The notes below the pieces were generated by a model. The model saw only the letters and a list, made by a program, of their open reading frames with translations. It had not been told where the DNA came from and made no database searches. From an uncultured Verrucomicrobiota bacterium (GTDB lineage Bacteria; Verrucomicrobiota; Verrucomicrobiia; Limisphaerales; CAIMTB01), in NCBI GenBank assembly GCA_964476125.1, contig CAYZAE010000012.1:996-64995 (forward strand): 64,000 nt of DNA. The letters run 5' to 3'. Below, one piece after another: positions 10,259 through 21,738 of this stretch. Each line of letters begins with the position of its first letter. The stretch's first letter is position 1. The position numbers were made by a program, and so were the translations under genes.

Positions 10259-11344
10259 TCAGGGCGGAGCCAGCTTCAGGATGGGTCGGACTCGCGTGAA
10301 TCCTGTGCGTTGGGCCCCGGCTGCCGGCGTCTGCTGAAACCGCACTTCCACTCCAGCGACACCGTCGTAAACCGGCTTGGGCGTGCCGCTGAGAAAGATC
10401 TGCGCCGGATTCGCAGTCCATTGGGAAAGGTCCGGGGAGGTTTCCACCACGAAATCCACCGTGCCACCCGCAAATCGCCGGAAGGTCGTCGCCAGTGCGG
10501 GTCTTCCGGAAGGGCGCGCGATCGCCGCCTGCAACCGGGGAAAGACCGTGGCGTCGTTCGGTTTGGTGCTGAAGGCGAACTCGACCCCGTTGTTGAAACC
10601 GTCGCCGTCTTCGTCCCCGGTCGGCTGTGGGGCCAGGGAATTAAACCAGAACTGTTCCCAGACGTCGGGCAGTCCGTCGCGATCCGTGTCCGCGGGCACC
10701 GCGGCAGCCAGGAGCATCTTCTTCAGGTTGTCGTAGTGCGTTTTTACCCCGAGATCGTGGGAAGTCAGGTTGTCCTTCCCCAACGGCCGGTTGAAGGCGT
10801 CGAGAATCAGAACATCCCGGTAAGCGATCCCCCAACTGGCCCAGACCCGGTCCGTCGACGTGTCCTGCAACCAAGGCAGGACATTCATGGTCAGCCCGAT
10901 GTAAAGATTCAGGCCGGACGACTCGAGGCGATTGAGTCCGATGATCTCGATGTTGAGACCGGGATTGGTCGCAGCGAGGTCCTTGAACAGGGTCTGGAGG
11001 TGACCAAACTGGCCACGACAATACCCTCACCCCGCGTCCCCGAAGTAATAGGCCGAAATCTGCAGCCGATAATCCCGCGGCGAGACCATCCGCGTGTAAC
11101 GGGAGGAGTTCGAATTGGCATCCCGCAGCTGAAAATCCGGCATCGGCTGAGGAACCGCGGTCTGGGCCTGCAACGCCGGGGTGAGCCAAACGCCCAGCCC
11201 CGCCAACGCCAGCATCACCGCCAGCCATGTCCGCCCCGGCCGGCTCACCCGGAGCCCCTCCGCGGCCTGGCACATCACCCCCCGGGGCGACCGGTCGGCT
11301 CCCGGGGAGATCGTTTCCCAATGGAACTGCGCTGCCATGAACAC
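10259..11344 (-). CDS. Secreted thioredoxin-fold (TlpA/redoxin-like) protein with in-frame TGA at 11027..11029 (candidate selenocysteine, U-G-Y-C motif) and a C-terminal TSP3-like repeat module
   Basis: ORFs 11027..11344 and 10259..10888 share one frame (start offset 456 nt). They are separated by one TGA plus 46 sense codons. Read-through gives PDFQLRD...ISAYYFGDAG-[TGA]-GYCRGQFGHLQTLFKDL...LPWLQD...RDVLILDAFNRPL. A signal-peptide-like LAVMLALAGLGVWLTPALQA is present. ORF start 11344 is GTG; ATG alternatives are at 11338 and 11275. Confidence 0.65.
11000..11016 (-). promoter_or_regulatory. Candidate bacterial SECIS hairpin downstream of the in-frame UGA
   Basis: RNA 5'-GUGGCC-AGUUU-GGUCAC-3' forms a 6-bp stem (one G-U) with a 5-nt loop containing G. 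It starts 10 nt after the UGA at 11027..11029. Folded by eye only. Confidence 0.35.
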
Positions 11345-11350
11345 GTAAAT

Positions 11351-12658
11351 CTAGACCGATGTGCCGTCAGGAATCACCCCATTTTTGGGCACCACCAGAA
11401 CGCCGTCCCGGATGTAGTACAGGGGATGGTCCAGGTTCTCCGGTTTGCCCAGGGGCGAAAGCTTGCAGTTGGCCCCGATGCGCGCGTTCTTGTCGATGAT
11501 CGCATTCTCGATGTGCGTGCCCGGCCCGATCCCCACCGGCGGCCGGCCGGCCTCGGTGTTCTGGGCGATGGATTCCGCCGACTCGTAGTAGTCGTTACCC
11601 ATGACCACCACGCGCCGGAGGCTCGCGTTTTCACCGATCAAACTGCGCACCCCGATCACCGCATGGGAAATCTTGGCGCGGGTGATGATGCAGCCGTCCG
11701 ACACCACCGCGTGATCAATCTCGGCGCCGTTGATCTTCGAGCCCGGGAGGAAGCGCGGACGCGTGAAAATCGGGCGGACCATGTCGAAGAAATTGAACTT
11801 CGGCAGTTCCGAGGTGATGTCGAGGTTCGCCTCGAAGAACGACGCGATGGTCCCGATGTCCTCCCAGTACCCTTGGAACACGTAGGAATAGACCCGCTGC
11901 TTGCCGATGGCGCTCGGAATGATGTGTTTGCCGAAATCCGTGAAATCGTTGTCCAAAAGGCGCAGCAGGACCTCCCGGTTGAACACGTAGATGCCCATCG
12001 ACGCCAGGAACTGCTCGCCTTCGCCCTCGATGCCGTGCTGACGAACCATCTCCGGGGTCAGCCGGAGCGTGTCCTGGACCGCCGGATCCTTCGGCTTCTC
12101 GACGAATCGCACGATCCGCCCCTCGGAATCGATCTGCATGATGCCCAGCGAACTCGCCACGCTGCGCGGGACCGGAATGGTCGCAATGGTGACATCAGCC
12201 TTCCGCGCCTCGTGCTCGACGAGCAGCTCCCGGAAATCCATCCGGTACAGCTGGTCGCCACTCAGGATCAGGGCGTAATCAAAACTGTGGTTCAGGAAGT
12301 GGAGGATGTTCTTCCGCACCGCATCCGCCGTGCCCTGGTACCACGAGGAACTCGAAAAGGTCTGTTCCGCGGCCAGAATACCAACGAAACCGCCCGAGAA
12401 ATTATCGAAGGTGTACGACTGGCTGAGATGCCGGTGCAACGAGGCGGAATTGAACTGCGTCAGCAGATAGATCCGCTTCAGGCCGGAGTTGATGCAGTTC
12501 GACAGCGGGATGTCCACGAGCCGGTACTTGCCCGCCAGGGGCACCGCCGGCTTCGCCCGTTCCCGGGTGAGCGGGAAGAGCCGGGTTCCCTGCCCGCCTC
12601 CCATGATGATGGAAAGCGTGCGTTGCGAGGTGTCCGGGATGATTTTGGAGGAAGGCAT
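11351..12658 (-). CDS. glgC: Glucose-1-phosphate adenylyltransferase
   Basis: 435 aa. GGGQGTRLFPLTRERAKPAVPLAGKYRLVDIPLSNCINSG is the canonical GlgC N-terminus, and the C-terminal left-handed beta-helix region is present. Confidence 0.95.
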   Translation of the reverse strand: MPSSKIIPDTSQRTLSIIMGGGQGTRLFPLTRERAKPAVPLAGKYRLVDIPLSNCINSGLKRIYLLTQFNSASLHRHLSQSYTFDNFSGGFVGILAAEQTFSSSSWYQGTADAVRKNILHFLNHSFDYALILSGDQLYRMDFRELLVEHEARKADVTIATIPVPRSVASSLGIMQIDSEGRIVRFVEKPKDPAVQDTLRLTPEMVRQHGIEGEGEQFLASMGIYVFNREVLLRLLDNDFTDFGKHIIPSAIGKQRVYSYVFQGYWEDIGTIASFFEANLDITSELPKFNFFDMVRPIFTRPRFLPGSKINGAEIDHAVVSDGCIITRAKISHAVIGVRSLIGENASLRRVVVMGNDYYESAESIAQNTEAGRPPVGIGPGTHIENAIIDKNARIGANCKLSPLGKPENLDHPLYYIRDGVLVVPKNGVIPDGTSV

Positions 12659-12759
12659 ACGGCAGCAGGTCTTGCAAAGGGCTGCACAAGGTTCCTAGCA
12701 TCGAAAGTCGCGGAGGAGCAAGCCAAGCCTCCCCGTAAATCCTCGAATCCTCATCATTT

Positions 12760-14622
<1,863 letters not shown>

Positions 14623-14756
14623 TTCCCGTGGTCAACGGTGTTGACGTGGTTCCGGGTGGTCCATTACGGTTTCCGCGTGCGGTCGATGGCGTCCGGGTGT
14701 CCCTCCTTCAAGAGGGTTCTCGTGGATTCTCAAAACGCTGTCGCCCAGTTATTTGT

Positions 14757-14831
<75 letters not shown>

Positions 14832-15178
14832 TTTTCCCGTTCCTCCCTCACGCCTGCCTCCTGCCATAATTCCCTCTTTCGTGCCCTGAAAGTCTGGTTC
14901 ACTCCCGCTGGGGTCGGCCGAGAGAAGCCCTTCTCTGGTACGGGTGGTCGGATCCAACTGAGTCAAAACATCCGCCGTTCAGGGAGACCAGCGCAGGGTG
15001 GGAGTCGTGCTGGCTGGCAAATTTCAACAATCCGGAGGGGATCCGATTCGAACTGCTACTCCGGTTCGATGGGGAAAGCCGCCGAAAAGGTTGCCATCTT
15101 CCTCCTTAGCGACCCTGATTCCGATTTCTCAACGGTGTGGCGAAAAACGGAATCTGCGTCCATAAACAAGGAAATCGC

Positions 15179-16573
15179 ATGATAACGAGCCTGCACCTCA
15201 AGAACTTCAAGGGGTGGAAGGATACCGGCCAGTTGAGTTTGGCACCGATCACTGTTTTCTTCGGTACCAACAGCTCAGGCAAATCGAGCCTTGGCCAGTT
15301 CCTCATGATGTTGAAGCAGACGGCGAATTCGACGGACCGTAATCGGGTGTTGCATCCAGGCGACGATTCCACGGCCGTGGACTTGGGAACCACCGAAGAC
15401 CTGCTCTATCGCCACGACACCACCCAGGAACTGAGCTTCACCTTGACGTGGGCGCAGCAGCCAGCCCTTGAGATCAGGGATGTACTGAGCCAAGAGACAT
15501 TTCGTGGCGAGACGATCAAGTTCGGTGCGACGATCGGATTCGAGACTGGCAAGGGTACGCAAGCGCGCTGCAGGCAGTTCGGCTATTTCTTTGGTGGCGA
15601 CGGAGATCCAGAGTTCGCAGCGGAGCTCCTTCACGATTCTGGCTCGGCTGGAGATTATCGGCTTGAAACGAGGGGTTTTAGGGCGGTCCGAAAGAATATG
15701 AGGGCGTGGCCATTGCCGCATCCGATGTGGTTCTTCGGTTTCCCGGACGAATTGAGCCGCTATTATCAGAACGCGGCGACTCTGAGCGAGCTCACCTTCG
15801 CGCTGCAGACCCTGCTCAAGGGTGTTTCTTATCTTGGGCCGCTCCGTGAAGAGCCCAAACGCCACTATGCCTGGGCCGGCGACACACCCGAGGATGTCGG
15901 GTCGCGGGGGGAGCGGTGGGTGAGCGCGTTCCTGGCCGCCTCAGACAGGAAGATCAGTTTGGGGTACAAGCAACGAGCGAAGTCGTTTGAAGCGTTGATC
16001 GCCGCGGAGCTACAACGTCTTGAGTTGATCCACTCCTTCAGCGTAACGCCTTTGGCAAAAGGGGTCCGGGAGTATCGGGTGCGGGTAAAGGTGGGGGAAG
16101 GGGCTTCCGAGGTCTCGATCCCGGATGTGGGTTTCGGTGTGTCGCAGGTCCTGCCAGTGCTCGTTCAATGCTTCTACGCGCCGCGGGGCAGCACGGTTAT
16201 AGTCGAGCAGCCCGAGCTTCACCTGCATCCGGCGGTGCAGCAGAATCTCGCCGATCTGTTCATTGACGCCTCGAAGTCGTACGAGGGAGGGACCGGCCGT
16301 AAAGTCCAGTTTCTCATCGAGAGCCACTCAGAGCATTTCCTTCGGCGGCTTCAGCGACGAATCGCCGAGCAACAGATCACCCGGGATGAGGTGGCCATCT
16401 ATTTCTGCGGCTCCAATCCCGGCGGTAGCACAATCGAGCCTCTCGAAGTCGACCTTTACGGGAACATCCAGAATTGGCCGCGTAACTTCTTCGGTGACCA
16501 GATTACGGATATGGCAGAGATGCAACGGGCGGGTATCCGCCGGCGACGCGAGGCTCAACCAGCCGGAACTTGA
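15179..16573 (+). CDS. ABC/AAA_21-type ATPase with DUF3696-like C-terminus (OLD/AriA/PtuA-like sensor ATPase class)
   Basis: ATG at 15179 (MITSLHLKNFKGW) inside GTG-started ORF 15137..16573. Walker A FFGTNSSGKSS, Walker B VIVEQPELHLHP, H-loop ESHSEHFLRRLQ, C-terminal NWPRNFFG. First gene of a coupled three-gene unit. Confidence 0.85.
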   Translation: MITSLHLKNFKGWKDTGQLSLAPITVFFGTNSSGKSSLGQFLMMLKQTANSTDRNRVLHPGDDSTAVDLGTTEDLLYRHDTTQELSFTLTWAQQPALEIRDVLSQETFRGETIKFGATIGFETGKGTQARCRQFGYFFGGDGDPEFAAELLHDSGSAGDYRLETRGFRAVRKNMRAWPLPHPMWFFGFPDELSRYYQNAATLSELTFALQTLLKGVSYLGPLREEPKRHYAWAGDTPEDVGSRGERWVSAFLAASDRKISLGYKQRAKSFEALIAAELQRLELIHSFSVTPLAKGVREYRVRVKVGEGASEVSIPDVGFGVSQVLPVLVQCFYAPRGSTVIVEQPELHLHPAVQQNLADLFIDASKSYEGGTGRKVQFLIESHSEHFLRRLQRRIAEQQITRDEVAIYFCGSNPGGSTIEPLEVDLYGNIQNWPRNFFGDQITDMAEMQRAGIRRRREAQPAGT

Positions 16574-16577
16574 GCGG

Positions 16578-17105
16578 ATGAAGCCCTTACCGCGTCGGTG
16601 CCTGGTGGACACGAACGTTGCCATTGTAGCCAACGGCCACAGTGAGCAGGCGAACGACGCCTTGGTGGGGGAGTGCATCGACGCGCTGCTGCAACTGACG
16701 AGGAAGGGTGGTCTGGTGGTCGATGAGCGGGGGGAGATTTTCAACGAGTACCTGCAGAACCTCAGCTTGAAGGGTCAGCCGGGAACAGGGGATTTGTTTA
16801 TGAAGTGGGTTCATGATCACCAGTGGAACCCGGATCTCTGTGAACGTCGGGCCATCACGCCGCGCGAAGACGAGCGGATGTACGAGGAATTTCCAGCGAC
16901 CCCCGACTTGAGGGCTTTCGATCGCGGCGACCGGAAGTTTGTTGCAGTGGCGAATGCGATGGAACCCAAGCCCCCGATTCTTGAGGCCGTAGACTTCAAG
17001 TGGTGGGGATGGAAGAAGGCGCTGGCTGCCGAGGGAATCGAGGTCGTTTTCCTCGATGAGAGAGCGGCCCGAACGGGATACTTCAAGCACATGCGCGATG
17101 TCTGA
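16578..17105 (+). CDS. PIN-like domain protein (putative ribonuclease)
   Basis: Start MKPLPRRCLVDTNVAIVANG lies 4 nt after the ATPase stop. Acidic PIN-like positions: CLVDTNV, VVDERGEIFNEY, FDRGDRKFVAVA. The assignment is from motif resemblance only. Confidence 0.6.
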   Translation: MKPLPRRCLVDTNVAIVANGHSEQANDALVGECIDALLQLTRKGGLVVDERGEIFNEYLQNLSLKGQPGTGDLFMKWVHDHQWNPDLCERRAITPREDERMYEEFPATPDLRAFDRGDRKFVAVANAMEPKPPILEAVDFKWWGWKKALAAEGIEVVFLDERAARTGYFKHMRDV

Positions 17106-17829
17106 GGTATTTCACAAATTCCCATCAACCCCGCACTTGGTCTGGTTGGGGCGAGCCGGACTGCGAGAGGATAAGTTGATGACTGCAGAAGAGGCGGAGG
17201 CGTTCCTCTCGGAACCGGCTGTGCTTGAGGAGAAAGTGGACGGAGCCAATCTCGGGATTTCCTTCGATGCCCAGGGGCGCATGCGATTCCAGAACCGTGG
17301 ACAATGGTTGACCGGAAAACTTTCGGGTCAGTGGGAAACGTTGCGAGTCTGGGCGGCTCAGCACGAGGAGTCCCTGCGAAAGTTCCTGCCGGCAAGACAC
17401 ATTCTGTTTGGTGAGTGGTGTCACGCGTTGCATTCCATCCGTTACGATCAGTTGCCGGACTGGTTTCTTGGCTTCGACGTCTTCGATTGCCGTGCTCGCA
17501 GATTCTGGAGTGTCGCGAGGCGAAACTCACTGCTCGATGCCGTCCATGTTGCAGCGGTTCCGGCAGTGGCGACCGGTCGCTTCCGAATACCCGACATTCT
17601 CAGGCTGCTGGACGGCCTCTCCTCCTTCGCTTCGTCCCCCCGGGAGGGGCTCTATCTTCGGCGGGACAAAGGTGATTGGCTGGAAGGCCGCGCCAAAGTG
17701 GTGTGCGCAGAGTTCACGCAAGCCATTGGTGAGCACTGGTCGAGGAGGCAATTCCTGGCAAACGCAACCGTTGCACAACCGGTTATTTGTGTGGGTGGAC
17801 ACCGCAGCGTCCCGCGGTTGTACCGGTAG
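17098..17829 (+). CDS. ATP-dependent RNA ligase family protein (covalent nucleotidyltransferase superfamily)
   Basis: Start MSEVFHKFPSTPHL overlaps the upstream stop by 8 nt. Motif I EEKVDGANLG (KxDG lysine), motif III LFGEWC, motif IV FLGFDVFD, motif V EGLYLRR...GRAKVV. Confidence 0.8.
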   Translation: MSEVFHKFPSTPHLVWLGRAGLREDKLMTAEEAEAFLSEPAVLEEKVDGANLGISFDAQGRMRFQNRGQWLTGKLSGQWETLRVWAAQHEESLRKFLPARHILFGEWCHALHSIRYDQLPDWFLGFDVFDCRARRFWSVARRNSLLDAVHVAAVPAVATGRFRIPDILRLLDGLSSFASSPREGLYLRRDKGDWLEGRAKVVCAEFTQAIGEHWSRRQFLANATVAQPVICVGGHRSVPRLYR

Positions 17830-18178
17830 AGCCCGTGAGCACCGATCTCTGATGGATCTCACCTCCCGGGGAGCGGAACGCGGCACCAATCATCATTCGT
17901 TGTCACCACCCGGCATGATGCCTTTAGAGTACTGCGACATGTCGCAGCTTTTGTTTAGCCGTTCAGTCTTGGCCTGATGGCGGAGCGCCCACTGACGGCG
18001 GTTCCCCGCCCTGGGTCGAATCCAGAGCGGCGACATGTTTCCGCATTCCATTCCCTCTCAACTGCCTTCCTTTCCCACAGCGGGTCTCGTTTGCCGACAA
18101 GCCGGAGATACCCCCGTCGGATTTCCCGGCAAAGATTCCTCTGGAACGCTGATTTCGTTTCGTGGGATGGGTTGGTGT

Positions 18179-19789
18179 ATGAAAATTTCGGAGACGGCCA
18201 CGGATTTCTCACTGCCTTCCGCGACCCGCGCTTTTCCCAGGAGATTTCCCATCCCACCCGGCCCCCTGAGGCTCGCCTTCACGGCGTTGCTGCTGATGCT
18301 TTCGGCGGCGACGCTGCCGGCCCAGAGCCCGGGGTTTCTCTACGAAGGCCGGTTGAGTACGGCGCGTGGTCCGGCGACGGGCTTGCATGACCTTGTTTTC
18401 CGCCTGCTCGATGCGCCGACCGGCGGGAGCCAGATCGGCCGGGTGGAGACGCGGCACCGGTTGGATCTGGTGGATGGGGTGTTTTCCACACGGCTGAACT
18501 TTGGCGGCGCGGCGTTCGACGGAACACCGCGATGGCTGGAAATCCGCGTGCGCGCGTCGGACAGCGGCTTGGATCATGTGACGTTGCAGCCGCGGCAGGA
18601 GATATCGCCGGTGCCGATGGCATTGCAGGCGTCGGGATTAAAGGGGGACCGCGGCGACGTCGGACCGCCGGGACCGGCCGGTGAGCCGGGGGCGCAGGGT
18701 GTGCAGGGAGTGCAGGGGCCTCAAGGTCCCGCCGGGCCGAAGGGAGATCGCGGAGATCGCGGAGAACCGGGCCCGGTGGGAGCGGCTGGGGTCAAGGGCG
18801 ATCCCGGAGCACCGGGCGTTGCGGGTGCGCCGGGGAGTCCTGGCCTGAAGGGCGATCGGGGCGACACAGGGCCCGCGGGTCCTCCCGGTCCGGCCGGGCC
18901 TCCGGGACCGGCAGGTCCGGAAGGGCCGCAAGGACTGCAGGGGATTCAAGGGATCCAGGGGCCTCCGGGGGCCCAGGGGTTGCAAGGACCTCCGGGGGAG
19001 GGTTTGCCAGGAAAACTGGCATCCTCGCCCAACGGCAGGGATCTCTGGCTGGGGATGGTGGATGACTTCGGCAATCCGATGTTCGTGGTGGGGGCGGACC
19101 AGATTACGCGGGCCCGGAATCTGGATGCCCAGGCGGTGGATTGTTTGAGCCTGTCCACCAAGTTCGGCGGCGGCATTACTTCGGATGGGCCCCTTTTGAG
19201 CCGAGGGACAATCACCGCGGATTTGGGAGTGGTCGCGAAGGGCCCGGTGAATTCCGATATGAGCATGAATGCGCCGACGGGTTTCTTTGGGAACCTGAGC
19301 GGCAACACCCTGTATGTGCGCGACCGCCAGAATCCGAATCGCAGTGGGTTCTGCACTCTCTCCGGATCCCTCTGGACGTTCGAGCAGTTTGCGGGATCAG
19401 GCCTCACTTCGGTCCGGTTCAACGGGATGAATCTGGAGGCGTTGGCGTTCAACACGCTTTCGGATCGGAACGCGAAGCAGGGGATCGAGCCGGCGGACGC
19501 GGGGGAGATTCTGGACAAGGTGGTGAACCTGCCGGTTTCCGAATGGTCGTATTCGAGCCAACCGGAGGTGCGGCACGTGGGTCCGATGGCGCAGGATTTC
19601 AAGGCTGCCTTCGGACTGGGGGATGACGAGAAACGGATCTCTCTCGGCGATGCGCAGGGAGTGGCGCTGGCAGCCATCCAGGGCTTGCACCAGCGGATGC
19701 AGGAGGAGATCGCGCGCCGGGACGCGGTGATCCGGAAGCTGGAGGAACGGCTGGCGGCTCTCGAACAGCGCACGACGTCCAAGCCATGA
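18179..19789 (+). CDS. Secreted collagen-like triple-helix repeat protein with C-terminal S74-type intramolecular chaperone (tail-fibre-like) domain
   Basis: Start MKISE... with signal peptide [18 protein letters not shown]. About 40 uninterrupted G-X-Y triplets ([19 protein letters not shown]...GPPGEG). C-terminus [12 protein letters not shown]...VSEWSY...[16 protein letters not shown]...[10 protein letters not shown] plus a coiled coil. Confidence 0.85.
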   Translation: MKISETATDFSLPSATRAFPRRFPIPPGPLRLAFTALLLMLSAATLPAQSPGFLYEGRLSTARGPATGLHDLVFRLLDAPTGGSQIGRVETRHRLDLVDGVFSTRLNFGGAAFDGTPRWLEIRVRASDSGLDHVTLQPRQEISPVPMALQASGLKGDRGDVGPPGPAGEPGAQGVQGVQGPQGPAGPKGDRGDRGEPGPVGAAGVKGDPGAPGVAGAPGSPGLKGDRGDTGPAGPPGPAGPPGPAGPEGPQGLQGIQGIQGPPGAQGLQGPPGEGLPGKLASSPNGRDLWLGMVDDFGNPMFVVGADQITRARNLDAQAVDCLSLSTKFGGGITSDGPLLSRGTITADLGVVAKGPVNSDMSMNAPTGFFGNLSGNTLYVRDRQNPNRSGFCTLSGSLWTFEQFAGSGLTSVRFNGMNLEALAFNTLSDRNAKQGIEPADAGEILDKVVNLPVSEWSYSSQPEVRHVGPMAQDFKAAFGLGDDEKRISLGDAQGVALAAIQGLHQRMQEEIARRDAVIRKLEERLAALEQRTTSKP

Positions 19790-20256
19790 GCAGCAATTCA
19801 TTCTCACATTGGCTGGTGTTGCTTGGGGCGGCGAGCCTCGTGCAGGTGCGGGCGCAGGCTCAGACCCCGTTCTTCCTGACCGATGCTGGTTGGGCGGGAG
19901 GGGGTGTGGTCTCGGGGGGCGGGTTCACCCTGGTTGCCGGTGCGGCCGTGGCTCGGTCGGTTCCCCTGGAGGGCGGAGGCTTTACGCTGGTGAGCCGGGT
20001 GGGGGCACCCTCCACCGTTTATTTGGACAGCTCGGTTCCGGTGCTGGGGTACGAGCTGACGGGCCGGGGCACGCTCCTGCTGAAATTCTCCGGAACCGGC
20101 ACGGTGGTGGTGGAAGCGGCGGAGCGATTGGGATCGACACCAGCCCAGACGGTCTGGACGCCGGCGGCTTTGTCGCCCGGCCCGGCCATGCCCGGGGCGC
20201 TGGGCGAGGTGTCGTTGGGGGCGAATCACCGATTCTTCCGACTTCGTCGTCCCTGA
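19786..20256 (+). CDS. Small secreted hypothetical protein, translationally coupled to the collagen-like gene
   Basis: 156 aa. ATGA overlap with the upstream stop. Signal peptide [17 protein letters not shown], Gly-rich beta-type sequence, ends HRFFRLRRP. Confidence 0.5.
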   Translation: MSSNSFSHWLVLLGAASLVQVRAQAQTPFFLTDAGWAGGGVVSGGGFTLVAGAAVARSVPLEGGGFTLVSRVGAPSTVYLDSSVPVLGYELTGRGTLLLKFSGTGTVVVEAAERLGSTPAQTVWTPAALSPGPAMPGALGEVSLGANHRFFRLRRP

Positions 20257-20296
20257 AAGGGAGCGGAACCAGTTGCTGGGCCTTCCGGAATGGGAA

Positions 20297-20406
20297 CCAC
20301 AGAGGCACCGAGGCACAGAGGGGTGCTTTGGGTAATCAGGAGGCGATTGGGAGCGATCCTTGTCGGACGGAACCCGGCCTCTCTGCTCCGTGTCTCGGTG
20401 CCTCGG
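20297..20406. repeat. Inverted octamer-repeat hairpin element (arms built of GGCACAGA/GGCACCGA units) between convergent genes
   Basis: Left arm CCACAGAGGCACCGAGGCACAGAGG. Right arm CCTCTCTGCTCCGTGTCTCGGTGCCTCGG is its imperfect reverse complement. About 55-nt loop. Confidence 0.7.
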
Positions 20407-20410
20407 AGGT

Positions 20411-20872
20411 TCATCCCGTGGGCGGCCAGGTCGTGCCGTTGAGTTCCCGGGGTAACTGCGTCGGGTCGGTGGGGTAAATGAGGGACAGGTCCATCTGGGA
20501 TTTGGAGCCCTGGAGGAATTCGAGCTCCTCCGGGGCGCCGATGATGAGCCAAAGCACCTCGGCGTCGGTGTCGTTGAACACCTGGCGCAAGGCGTCGGGG
20601 CCCACCAGGACACCGCCGTACTTGGGCACGGTGAGGGTTTCATTGCCCACGCGCATCCGGCCGGTGCCCTCGAGCACGAAGTAGAATTCCTCGGCGCGGA
20701 GGTGCTTGTGCAGCGTGTTGGCGCTCCGGGGCGGCATTCGCCAGAGTCGCGCTCCCATGTTCTCGCTTCCCGTGCGCTCCAGGTAATCGGCGTTGGGGAT
20801 CCGCATCAAGTTGGACGGACGCCAGTGCAGGTCGTCGGGTGTGATCAGGCGATAGCCTTGGAAGGTGTTCAT
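20411..20872 (-). CDS. Cupin domain protein
   Basis: Start MNTFQGYRL inside ORF 20411..21268. Cupin core HKHLRAEEFYFVLEGTGRMRVGNETLTVPKYGGVLVGP. Confidence 0.75.
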   Translation of the reverse strand: MNTFQGYRLITPDDLHWRPSNLMRIPNADYLERTGSENMGARLWRMPPRSANTLHKHLRAEEFYFVLEGTGRMRVGNETLTVPKYGGVLVGPDALRQVFNDTDAEVLWLIIGAPEELEFLQGSKSQMDLSLIYPTDPTQLPRELNGTTWPPTG

Positions 20873-20882
20873 GGAATGGAAC

Positions 20883-21461
20883 TCAGACGCGGAGAGAGGC
20901 GCGGAATCCCCGGACGCTGAAGTAGGACTGCGCGCCGTTGTGATACACGAAGACATGTCCGAAACGGCGGTCGCCGAAGAGTGCGCCGCCCAATTCCCGG
21001 ATGTCCGCCGGCGTCGCGATCCAGCTCGAGGTTTTGGTGTCGAACTCCCCCAGCCTTTGCAACATTCGGTATTGCTCCTCGGCCAACAGTTCGACACCCA
21101 TGTGGGCGGCCATGTCCATGGCATTGTGCCGGGGCTTGTGCTCCTTCCGGGATTCCAGGCCTTCACGGTCGTAGCAGACGCTGGTGCGTCCTTTGGGGCT
21201 TTCCGCGGAGCAATCCACGAACAGGAATTCGCCCGAACTTTCGTCTCGGCCCACCACGTCCGGCTCACCGCCGGTTCGCTCCATTTCCTGGAGTGCTTTC
21301 CTTTTGCCAGGGCTGGCCTCCAGCCTGCCGCGGACTTCGGCCCAGGGAATTCCAGGATGCCGTCCCGGGTGATTTTCGAAGCGTTCCTTCAACACGGTCA
21401 GTAGCGCCTCCTCCTCGCTCCCAGGTGCCACGGCTTTGTTGGTGCGGGTAGGGCTCATCAT
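20883..21461 (-). CDS. DUF4256 family protein
   Basis: Start MMSPTRTNK. LLTVLKERFENHPGRHPGIPWAEV...MERTGGEPDVV...FVDCSAESP...RRFGHVFVYHNGAQSY matches my recollection of DUF4256 proteins. Confidence 0.65.
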   Translation of the reverse strand: MMSPTRTNKAVAPGSEEEALLTVLKERFENHPGRHPGIPWAEVRGRLEASPGKRKALQEMERTGGEPDVVGRDESSGEFLFVDCSAESPKGRTSVCYDREGLESRKEHKPRHNAMDMAAHMGVELLAEEQYRMLQRLGEFDTKTSSWIATPADIRELGGALFGDRRFGHVFVYHNGAQSYFSVRGFRASLRV

Positions 21462-21738
21462 AGGGGGGGATCGGCGTGCCGGGTTCGGATGCGGTATTTG
21501 GCTTTGCGAAACATCCAACAGATGGAAGTCACCATCATGGGGTGATGCGGGATTCGGAGCAACTGGTCGATGCGTTCCTGGTCAATGCCATGCCCTCCAA
21601 TCGCGCATTCGGGCCGAATGATCCGCGCGTGAATGCCGAATGTCGTGACTTGATCCCATGGGTGGGTGGTCCGGGAGATGATTCGCCGTGCCACGCGGGG
21701 ACGGGATGTGATTCAGTGGACGCAATCTCGAAGGCCCA

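Noticed and set aside
12659-12759. Possible glmS ribozyme upstream of glmS
   Set aside because: The leader is only about 100 nt. I could not recognise the conserved glmS ribozyme core. The element is mainly a Gram-positive feature.
14832-15136. Expected integrase gene or direct repeat of the tRNA-Lys 3' end to delimit a genomic island
   Set aside because: No integrase-like ORF lies between the tRNA and 20.3 kb. I found no duplicate of the tRNA 3' segment by eye. Island status therefore rests only on composition and gene content.
17990-18035. tRNA-like T-arm on the minus strand (TCTGG-ATTCGAC-CCAGG followed by GCGGGGA), possibly a tRNA 3' fragment or att remnant
   Set aside because: No matching acceptor 5' strand, D arm or anticodon arm could be found upstream. 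It does not match the 3' end of the tRNA-Lys at 14757. It may be chance, so it is kept only as a note.
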